DNA of 33,614 nt from a virus (IMGVR_UViG_3300000052_000059:1-33614), one strand, 5' to 3'. Positions 24,879 through 31,649 are shown, numbered from the stretch's first letter. Notes: generated by a model not told the origin, from the sequence alone. A program made the numbers and translations.

Positions 24879-24881
24879 CAG

Positions 24882-24896
24882 ATACAAAGTTTGTAT
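24882..24896. promoter_or_regulatory. Perfect palindrome ATACAAA-G-TTTGTAT overlapping a TATAGT -10-like hexamer
   Basis: Read directly. TATAGT at 24894..24899 ends 12 nt before the Cro-like ATG. Confidence 0.4.
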
Positions 24897-24910
24897 AGTA
24901 AAATGCACCG

Positions 24911-25069
24911 ATGTCAAAAAATGATGCAATTACAAAAGCTGGTTCACAAGCTGCCCTTGCAAGGTTGCTTGGTGTGACTCGAGGTGCTGTTTCTCAATGG
25001 AAACAGCTTCCAAAAGGTCGTCTGTATCAGCTCATGGTCATAAAGCCAGAATGGTTTGAGAAGATATAA
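24911..25069 (+). CDS. Cro/YdaS-like HTH regulator, 52 aa (MSKNDAITKAGSQAALARLLGVTRGAVSQWKQLPKGRLYQLMVIKPEWFEKI); not in the ORF track
   Basis: GSQAALARLLGVTRGAVSQW is the classic Cro/YdaS HTH. It is the first gene of the rightward operon. No SD was seen. Confidence 0.65.
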   Translation: MSKNDAITKAGSQAALARLLGVTRGAVSQWKQLPKGRLYQLMVIKPEWFEKI

Positions 25070-25172
25070 TTTTTGAAACACGGCTAGGTCTGAAGTCATG
25101 AGCAGATCGAAAAGGGTTACACCTTCCCCTGCCGAGGTTTCTTCACAAAGGTGCTGAAAAAGGTAAAACTTA

Positions 25173-25943
25173 ATGCATTACTACACATTCAATATCGGTG
25201 ACTATCGAGGTGCTACTGCACACCTATCAAATGAGGAAGATCTTGCTTATAGAAGACTCCTCGATATGTACTACGACACAGAAAAAAAAATCCCAGTAGA
25301 TAGCCAATGGGTTGCCAGACGCTTACGTTTGGATACCAAAGTGATTGATGATGTTTTAACTGATATGTTTGAAAAACATGAGGATGGTTGGTTTCATGCT
25401 CGTTGTCATGAGGTGATTGGTCAATATCATGCAATGGCAGAAAAAAATAGGATGAATGGTAAGTTAGGAGGTAGAAAAAAGAACCCAGTGGGTATCCCAG
25501 TGGATACCGACTCGGAACCCATCGCTAAGGCAACTATAAACCAAGAACTAATAACCAATAACCAACTAAATACCAATATATGTCCACCTGACGGTGAACC
25601 TGAGGAAAAATTACCTGATTGTGAACACAAAGCAGTTATCAGTCTCTACCATCAACACTTGCCAACACTGAGGAAGGTAGAAGTCTGGAATACAACCAGA
25701 CATGGTTACTTACGACAAAGGTGGCGAGAGGTCGCAATTGAACTATCGCAAGGAAAAACCATACAGACTGATGATGTGCTTAACTGGTGGGAAGACTTTT
25801 TCAAGCACATTGGACATTCAAAGTTCTTAACTGGCAAAGTCAACAGCAAAGATGGTCGAGCATTCACTGCCGATCTTGAGTGGATTCTGAAACCAAGCAA
25901 TTTCGCAAAAATCGTAGAAGGTAAATATCATGGCGCTAACTAA
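25173..25943 (+). CDS. Replication initiation/organiser protein, DUF1376 (YdaU-like) N-terminal domain, 256 aa
   Basis: YYTFNIGDYRGATAHLSNEEDLAYRRLLDMYYDTEKKIP is the DUF1376 signature. The C-terminal FLTGKVNSKDGRAFTADLEWILKPSNFAKIVEGKY is typical of phage replisome organisers. Confidence 0.75.
   Translation: MHYYTFNIGDYRGATAHLSNEEDLAYRRLLDMYYDTEKKIPVDSQWVARRLRLDTKVIDDVLTDMFEKHEDGWFHARCHEVIGQYHAMAEKNRMNGKLGGRKKNPVGIPVDTDSEPIAKATINQELITNNQLNTNICPPDGEPEEKLPDCEHKAVISLYHQHLPTLRKVEVWNTTRHGYLRQRWREVAIELSQGKTIQTDDVLNWWEDFFKHIGHSKFLTGKVNSKDGRAFTADLEWILKPSNFAKIVEGKYHGAN
25484..25590. repeat. Ori-like repeat block inside the replication gene linker
   Basis: Tandem CCCAGTGG(G/A)TA(T/C)C x2 contains the palindrome GGTATCC-N4-GGATACC (25491..25508). 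An AT-rich tract with four A(T/A)A(A)ACCAA copies follows (25536..25580). Confidence 0.45.
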
Positions 25944-26160
25944 TTTCAAACAGCAAAACCACCAGATTGACGAAACAAATCACAGTTTATGTAGCGTTCA
26001 TGGCTGTGGAAGACGTTGGGCAGTTCATATGGAAGGCCAACGACCGATGTGCTCACAACATCAATGGCCAGAAAAAACACAAGCAAAAAAACGTGATATT
26101 TCGACTGCTGCATTCACGCAGCCACCAATAAAGCACTGGCAAGATGATGAGGTGTTTTGA
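25930..26160 (+). CDS. Cys/His-rich hypothetical protein (76 aa)
   Basis: CSVHGCGRRWAVHMEGQRPMCSQHQW. Overlaps the upstream gene by 14 nt. Confidence 0.45.
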   Translation: MALTNFKQQNHQIDETNHSLCSVHGCGRRWAVHMEGQRPMCSQHQWPEKTQAKKRDISTAAFTQPPIKHWQDDEVF

Positions 26161-26163
26161 TGT

Positions 26164-26436
26164 ATGACCACAAATCCCTATTGGACAGAAGGCGGGAAGG
26201 CCAAGAATTTAGCCTTGCTGACATCAATCGAGCGTTGCGAGATGCTGGAGACCTTGCGCCAAAAGGAAGCGACAGAATGGATAAAACGTTATCGCAAGAA
26301 ACGACAAGAATTAGGCAATCAACAAACCCAAGTTTGGTGGGAGAACCTAAAGATGGACATCAAAAAACGTCGTGGGCAGGATGGTCTAGATACCTTGATT
26401 ACCAACATGAGGAATCAAAATGAGATACGCAGCTAG
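26164..26436 (+). CDS. Hypothetical protein (90 aa); frame choice uncertain against 26157..26423
   Basis: The sequence ERCEMLETLRQKEATEWIKRYRKKRQELGNQQTQVWWENLKMDIKKRRG looks like a folded helical protein. The competing frame is low-complexity but has ATGA coupling at both ends. Confidence 0.4.
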   Translation: MTTNPYWTEGGKAKNLALLTSIERCEMLETLRQKEATEWIKRYRKKRQELGNQQTQVWWENLKMDIKKRRGQDGLDTLITNMRNQNEIRS

Positions 26437-26686
26437 GGTGGATGCTAACCAAGAACAAATAGTCTCAGCTTTAAGAGCCGCTGGCGCTTATGTTTGGATT
26501 ATTGGCCTACCAATTGATCTGTTAGTAGGTTTTAAAGGTCATACATTCCTAGTTGAAATAAAAGATGGCCCTAAAAAGCGTTTGACAAAGTTGCAAACAG
26601 ATTTTTTCGAGAATTGGTGCGGTGGTACTTTGTGCCGTGTAGATTGTCCTGATGCTGCCTTACGAATGATTGGAATGATTAAATGA
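26420..26686 (+). CDS. Small PD-(D/E)XK-type nuclease (VRR-NUC/resolvase-like), 88 aa
   Basis: RVDANQEQIVSALRAAGAYVWIIGLPIDLLVGFKGHTFLVEIKDG carries the D...(D/E)xK pattern, as in small phage nucleases. Confidence 0.5.
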   Translation: MRYAARVDANQEQIVSALRAAGAYVWIIGLPIDLLVGFKGHTFLVEIKDGPKKRLTKLQTDFFENWCGGTLCRVDCPDAALRMIGMIK

Positions 26687-27012
26687 AACCAGAAGAAGCA
26701 GCTCAAACTATTAGGGACAAAGCACCAGCCTACGGAGAGGCCAAAGCACAAAGGGTATATCTTGAAGAATTTCGCAAGTCCAAAAAAGCACTTCTCATGA
26801 AAGACGCACTCAAACTTGGCGTGGAAGCAGCCAATGCACAGGAACGTGAAGCATATGCAGACCCTGCTTATCACCAGTTAATCAAAGGTCTGGCACTAGC
26901 AATCGAACAAGAAGAGACCTTAAAGTGGGAACTGGAAGCCGCAAGGCTGGACATAGAAATATGGCGTACAAGGGAAGCAACCAATCGAATGCAAGACAGG
27001 TCGCATCAATGA
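26683..27012 (+). CDS. Coiled-coil hypothetical protein (109 aa)
   Basis: ATGA-coupled ORF with a charged helical sequence. Confidence 0.5.
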   Translation: MKPEEAAQTIRDKAPAYGEAKAQRVYLEEFRKSKKALLMKDALKLGVEAANAQEREAYADPAYHQLIKGLALAIEQEETLKWELEAARLDIEIWRTREATNRMQDRSHQ

Positions 27013-27323
27013 TTCCGAAACACCCGTATGTCAGAAGCAAAAAACTTCTAAAACTCGTAGCAAGTCTCGATTGTCAACTTTGTGGGTCAGGTCATTTTGT
27101 CCAGGCAGCACATACAAATTGGGGTGGCGGTAAAGGCCGAGGCATCAAAGCTGACGATAATCTTACTGCCGCACTTTGTATGACTTGCCATTACGACATT
27201 GACCAAGGAGCGAAATGGTCAAAAGAGGAAAGGCAGCAAGCGTGGCAAGTAGCGCATTACAAAACAGTTCAGTTATTGGTAGACAGTGGCCAATGGCCTG
27301 TTGACATACCTATACCTATATAG
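27009..27323 (+). CDS. YbcO/DUF1364-like Cys-His protein (104 aa from ATG 27009)
   Basis: CQLCGSGHFVQAAHTNWGGGKGRGIKADDNLTAALCMTCHYDID matches the recalled DUF1364 pattern. ATG 27009 overlaps the upstream TGA. Confidence 0.55.
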   Translation: MIPKHPYVRSKKLLKLVASLDCQLCGSGHFVQAAHTNWGGGKGRGIKADDNLTAALCMTCHYDIDQGAKWSKEERQQAWQVAHYKTVQLLVDSGQWPVDIPIPI

Positions 27324-27329
27324 CAAAAT
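27301..27329 (+). promoter_or_regulatory. Candidate late promoter TTGACA-N17-CAAAAT
   Basis: A perfect -35 at 27301..27306, a 17-nt spacer and -10 CAAAAT at 27324..27329. It sits about 30 nt upstream of a strong terminator. Confidence 0.35.
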
Positions 27330-27360
27330 AAACACACTGACAAATGCAGTTGCCAGTTTT

Positions 27361-27381
27361 GGGGCTTCGGCCCCTTTTTTT
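27361..27381 (+). terminator. Rho-independent terminator between the early-right and late genes
   Basis: GGGGC-TTCG-GCCCC followed by TTTTTTT. Confidence 0.85.
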
Positions 27382-27390
27382 AAGGACATC

Positions 27391-28179
27391 ATGAATCCAG
27401 CAGATAAAGTCGAAAAATGGTCTATTGATAAGCTCATTCCTTACGCACGCAACTCACGCACGCACTCTGATGAGCAAGTGGCACAGATTGCTGCAAGTAT
27501 CAAGGAATGGGGCTGGACAACACCTGTATTGGTTGATGAACAAGGCGGCATTATTGCCGGACACGGTCGCACACTAGCAGCTCAAAAGCTCAATATAAAA
27601 GAAGTACCTGTAATGGTGGCCACAGGATGGAGCGATGCCAAGAAACGCGCTTACATCATTGCTGACAACAAACTAGCCTTAAATGCAGGTTGGGATGAGC
27701 AAATGCTGGCGCTTGAACTTTCAGAACTGCAAGACCTTGGTTTCGATTTGAAATTAACTGGATTTGATAAAAATGAATTAGATGAAATATTTGCTGATGA
27801 AGTACAGCTAATAGATCCAAATAATCCTTACACATCAAAAATCAAAACCCCGATTTATGAGCCACAAGGTAAGAAACCATCTGTAGAAGAACTCTATGAT
27901 GATTCTAAAGCAATGGAATTAATACTTGCAATTCGGGAAAGCAAGCTAAATGATAAAGAAAAACAATTTTTAATGACAGCTGCTTCTCGTCATGTTGTTT
28001 TTGACTATTCGAAAATTGCTAATTTTTATGCTCATTCTTCGAGAGAATGTCAGGAACTTATGGAGAATAGTGCTTTAGTGATTATTGATTTCAATAAAGC
28101 AATAGAAAATGGTTTTGTTCGATTAACAGAAGAAATCAATACCATGTTTGAACACGTTGAAGTCGAGGAAAATGAATAA
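27391..28179 (+). CDS. ParB N-terminal (ParB/Srx nuclease-like) domain protein with an unrelated low-GC C-terminal domain (262 aa)
   Basis: AAGGA SD before ATG 27391. The track start 27286 would read through the terminator. IPYARNSRTHSDEQVAQIAASIKEWGWTTPVLVDEQGGIIAGHGRTLAAQKL is a ParB-NTD signature. Confidence 0.75.
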   Translation: MNPADKVEKWSIDKLIPYARNSRTHSDEQVAQIAASIKEWGWTTPVLVDEQGGIIAGHGRTLAAQKLNIKEVPVMVATGWSDAKKRAYIIADNKLALNAGWDEQMLALELSELQDLGFDLKLTGFDKNELDEIFADEVQLIDPNNPYTSKIKTPIYEPQGKKPSVEELYDDSKAMELILAIRESKLNDKEKQFLMTAASRHVVFDYSKIANFYAHSSRECQELMENSALVIIDFNKAIENGFVRLTEEINTMFEHVEVEENE

Positions 28180-29125
28180 CGACTACATTTTCGTTAGGCA
28201 TGGTCAAACCTATTGGAATAAAAATGGGATTATGCATGGCCAATATGACATTCCGTTAAATTTCACTGGTATCAAGCAAGCAAAAAAAATATCAGAAGAA
28301 CTAAAAACGAATCATTTTGACATTTGTTTTTGCTCTCCATTACAAAGAGCAAAATCAACAGCATTTAGTATTTTAATTAATCATAAAAACACAAGAATTT
28401 TTTATGATGAAAGATTGAAAGAATTAAGCAAAGGATTGTTAGAAGGTAAGCATCTAAATAGTGAAAAATTGCTTAAGGATGAGAATTTGAATTTTTTACG
28501 CAAGTTCAACATCGAAAGCAAAATGGACTTTTTTTATAGAGTCAAATCATTTATTAATGATGTTGAAAAAAGATATAGAGGTAAAAGAATACTGATTGTC
28601 GCTCATAGCGGAACTATCAAAATGTTGTTCTTTGCTTTTAATTTCCCCAAAAAACCTTTGCACAAAGCGTATTACGACTTGCATATAAAAAACTGCAAAG
28701 CGTACAAAGTTGATTCAATCAAACTAGGAGCATCAAAAATGAAGATAGGTTTTTTCCCAATGGTTGCAGATATCCTGCACTCTGGCCATGTCTTAGCTTT
28801 AGAAGAAGCAAAAAAGCATTGCGACTTTTTAATTGTCGGCCTCCACTGCAATCCGAATTACAAAACTACCCAGCAATCAATCTATGAGCGCTACATGCAG
28901 CTACGTGCCGTCAAATGGGTAGATGAAGTCATCCCTTATGAAAACTCCGTTAAGGACAAAGACGTTTTCGTATCTCTTGATTACGATGTGTATTTTCTAG
29001 GCGAAGATCATAAAAGCGATGATTGGGAGCTAAAAGATACAGTTGAAAATTTGGAAAAAGAAATTGTGTATCTAAAAAGAAAACATAGCTTCAGCAGCAG
29101 CAAGATCAAAAATGACAGTAAGTAA
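28172..29125 (+). CDS. Fusion protein: histidine phosphatase (PGAM branch) + TagD/ECT/CCT-like cytidylyltransferase (317 aa; alternative start 28148)
   Basis: N-terminal domain motifs: FVRHGQTYWN, SPLQRAKSTA, VAHSGTIKM. C-terminal domain motifs: ADILHSGH, AVKWVDEVIPY, VYFLGEDH, SFSSSKIK. GAGGA SD before ATG 28172. Confidence 0.75.
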   Translation: MNNDYIFVRHGQTYWNKNGIMHGQYDIPLNFTGIKQAKKISEELKTNHFDICFCSPLQRAKSTAFSILINHKNTRIFYDERLKELSKGLLEGKHLNSEKLLKDENLNFLRKFNIESKMDFFYRVKSFINDVEKRYRGKRILIVAHSGTIKMLFFAFNFPKKPLHKAYYDLHIKNCKAYKVDSIKLGASKMKIGFFPMVADILHSGHVLALEEAKKHCDFLIVGLHCNPNYKTTQQSIYERYMQLRAVKWVDEVIPYENSVKDKDVFVSLDYDVYFLGEDHKSDDWELKDTVENLEKEIVYLKRKHSFSSSKIKNDSK

Positions 29126-30014
29126 CAACTATGCTGTTTTCATCCTGTCTCATGGCAGGCCTGACAACGTAATAACCTATGGCCAACTCAGGCGGCATGG
29201 TTATACAGGCAAAATTTTTATCATTGTTGACGACGAAGATAAGACCATTGATCAATACAAAGAAAAATATGGTGATCAAGTCATTGTTTTCAGTAAAAGC
29301 GAATATCAAGACAAGTTCGACATCATGGACAACTTTGCTGGCAACAAAGTCATTGTCTATGCTCGAAACGCTTGTTATGACATAGCACGAAATCTGAAGT
29401 TAGATTACTTTTTTGAGTACGAAGACGATTACACATCGTTTCAATACAGGTATGTCGAAAATTTCGCACTTAAAGCTAAAGTAGTAAGAAACCTAGATAC
29501 GATATTTGATTCAATGATCAAATGTTTAGATGAGACAAAGGCACACACAATAGCATTTGCTCAAGGTGGCGATTTCATTGGTGGAGCTACATCGTTTGAA
29601 AATAACACTTACAAAAGAAAAGCAATGAACAGCTTTGTCTTTAAAGTCAACAAAGACCCATCGGATGACATCATCTTTGTCGGGCGAATGAATGATGACG
29701 TCAATACCTATTTAACGCAAGGCAGAGTCGGTAAGCTGTTTTGCCAAATTACGGCTATAAATTTGGTTCAGCTTGCAACACAATCAAACTCTGGAGGAAA
29801 TACAGAGGCCTACAAATCATTCGGCACTTATGTGAAATCATTCTATAGCGTGATGGCTGCACCGGATTGTTGTAGCATTGATTTGATGGGTAGAACGCAT
29901 AAACGAATTCACCATAGGATTAGTTGGAACAACGCAGTACCCAAAATTCTTAATGAGCAACACCGTAAACCAAGGCTTTTATCGCGATTCACCAGCACGA
30001 TTCAGGAGATGTAA
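29112..30014 (+). CDS. GT-A-like transferase candidate (300 aa); family assignment tentative
   Basis: An alternating strand-helix N-terminus carries SHGRP, IVDDED, FEYEDDY and RMNDDVN acidic motifs, reminiscent of DxD glycosyltransferases (TAGT/GREB1-like by recollection). Low GC. Confidence 0.4.
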   Translation: MTVSNNYAVFILSHGRPDNVITYGQLRRHGYTGKIFIIVDDEDKTIDQYKEKYGDQVIVFSKSEYQDKFDIMDNFAGNKVIVYARNACYDIARNLKLDYFFEYEDDYTSFQYRYVENFALKAKVVRNLDTIFDSMIKCLDETKAHTIAFAQGGDFIGGATSFENNTYKRKAMNSFVFKVNKDPSDDIIFVGRMNDDVNTYLTQGRVGKLFCQITAINLVQLATQSNSGGNTEAYKSFGTYVKSFYSVMAAPDCCSIDLMGRTHKRIHHRISWNNAVPKILNEQHRKPRLLSRFTSTIQEM

Positions 30015-30016
30015 CT

Positions 30017-30430
30017 ATGGCCAAAACTGAAAAATCGGTATTAAAAAAGGTTGGACCTAATGGCGGTGCTAGACCAGGTGCTGGTCGTAAACCTTTTGAA
30101 CCTACAGATGATGAGCGCAAACAGGTCGAAATCATCTCTGGCTATGGTTTACCCTTAGAACAAATCGCAGTCCTAATTCGTGATGGAATTGACGCTGATA
30201 CCCTGCGTAAGTACTTTTCCACAGAACTGCAATCAGGCAAAGCCAAGGCCAATGCACAGGTTGGAAAAACTTTATTTCAGAAAGTTATGGCAGGAGATAC
30301 AACAGCAGCCATCTGGTGGAGCAAGACGCAAATGCGCTGGTCGGAGGTGCAAAAACACGAGCTGACTGGAGCAGACGGTGCGCCTTTAGAATTTTCCAAA
30401 ATTGAGCGTGTTGTTGTAAAAAATGGGTAA
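30017..30430 (+). CDS. terS: Terminase small subunit (137 aa)
   Basis: Immediately upstream of TerL and overlapping it by 8 nt. GRKPFEPTDDERKQVEIISGYGLPLEQIAVLI is a typical TerS HTH region. Confidence 0.7.
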   Translation: MAKTEKSVLKKVGPNGGARPGAGRKPFEPTDDERKQVEIISGYGLPLEQIAVLIRDGIDADTLRKYFSTELQSGKAKANAQVGKTLFQKVMAGDTTAAIWWSKTQMRWSEVQKHELTGADGAPLEFSKIERVVVKNG

Positions 30431-31649
30431 AACCCTACAAATTCAGACCCCAGAATGGGCGTTGCCATTGCTAGAAGGCAAGCGATACAAAGGTGCATGG
30501 GGTGGCCGTGGTTCTGGCAAATCTCATATGTTTGCCGAACTTATGATCGAAATGCACATCATGGATCAGAAACGCAGAAGCGTTTGTGTGCGTGAAATAC
30601 AAAAATCTTTGAATCAATCGGTAAAGCGATTACTGGAGACAAAGATCGAACAAATGAACGCTGGCGCTTATTTTGAAGTTCAAGATGCTGTCATCAAATC
30701 CAAAAAGGGCGATGGTGCAATTATTTTTCAGGGGATGCAGAATCACACTGCCGACTCGATCAAATCGCTTGAGGGTTACGACTGCGCTTGGGTAGAGGAG
30801 GCTCAAAGCCTAAGTCAAACCAGCCTCGACCTATTACGGCCAACCATCCGCAAACCAGACTCCGAACTGTGGTTCACATGGAATCCGCGCCAACAGAACG
30901 ACCCTGTGGATTTTCTACTACGTGGGCCAGAACCGCCAAGCGATGCTGTAGTAATTAAAGTAAATTTTGGTGATAACCCTTGGTTTCCGCAAGTCTTAAA
31001 AGACGAGATGGAGTACGACAAACGCAGAGACCCTGACAAATATCAGCATGTTTGGATGGGGCAATACTTAAGAAACAGCAATGCAAGGGTATTTAAAAAC
31101 TGGAAAATCGATGATTTCGAAGCACCACCAGATGCAATTCACCGTCTAGGTGCTGACTGGGGTTTCTCAGTTGATCCAACAGTGTTGGTGCGATGCCACA
31201 TTATTGGCCGCACTCTATACATTGACTACGAGGCCTACATGGTCGGATGCGAGATCGTCAACACGCCTGAGTTGTTTATGCAAGTACCAGAGTCTGAAAA
31301 ATGGCCAATCGTGGCTGACTCAGCAAGGCCAGAGACAATCAGTCACATGAAAAAGAATGGATTTCCTAAGATTATGAATGCGGTCAAAGGACCAAAATCA
31401 GTTGAGGAAGGCATCGAGTTTTTGAAGAACTACGATATTGTGGTTCACCCAAGATGCACACACACAATTGACGAACTAACGCTGTACAGTTATAAGCAAG
31501 ACCCATTAACTGGCAAAATCTTGCCTATGCTCGATGATAAGAAAAACCATGTAATCGATGCATTGCGCTACGCCTGTGAAGCTGTCAGACGTGCATCAGT
31601 AACAAAACCAGTGACATTCACTCCATTGCCAACTATGCACAAATGGTGA
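30423..31649 (+). CDS. terL: Terminase large subunit (PBSX/Terminase_3 type), 408 aa
   Basis: Walker A GGRGSGKSH, Walker B-like DCAWVEEAQ, and the nuclease-domain motifs GADWGFSVDPT and KNHVIDALRYA. Confidence 0.9.
   Translation: MGKTLQIQTPEWALPLLEGKRYKGAWGGRGSGKSHMFAELMIEMHIMDQKRRSVCVREIQKSLNQSVKRLLETKIEQMNAGAYFEVQDAVIKSKKGDGAIIFQGMQNHTADSIKSLEGYDCAWVEEAQSLSQTSLDLLRPTIRKPDSELWFTWNPRQQNDPVDFLLRGPEPPSDAVVIKVNFGDNPWFPQVLKDEMEYDKRRDPDKYQHVWMGQYLRNSNARVFKNWKIDDFEAPPDAIHRLGADWGFSVDPTVLVRCHIIGRTLYIDYEAYMVGCEIVNTPELFMQVPESEKWPIVADSARPETISHMKKNGFPKIMNAVKGPKSVEEGIEFLKNYDIVVHPRCTHTIDELTLYSYKQDPLTGKILPMLDDKKNHVIDALRYACEAVRRASVTKPVTFTPLPTMHKW

Noticed and set aside
25108-25167. A 19-codon ORF (MSRSKRVTPSPAEVSSQRC) in the gap before the replication gene
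   Set aside because: It is very short, has no SD and has no distinctive composition. The gap more likely just carries the leader of the DUF1376 gene.
27009-27323. Calling the Cys-His protein upstream of the late terminator a Q-type antiterminator
   Set aside because: Its motif pattern fits the YbcO/DUF1364 family rather than any Q family I can recall. Only its position is suggestive.
27286-27390. Upstream extension of the ParB-like ORF (track start 27286)
   Set aside because: It would overlap the preceding gene and translate through the GGGGCTTCGGCCCC-T7 terminator. ATG 27391 has an AAGGA SD.
29112-30014. Calling the 300-aa protein a DNA base glycosyltransferase outright
   Set aside because: The resemblance to TAGT/GREB1-like enzymes is from memory of short motifs only. 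The genome also lacks any hydroxymethylase, TET/JBP or DNA kinase that would create an acceptor. I kept it as one hypothesis among several.
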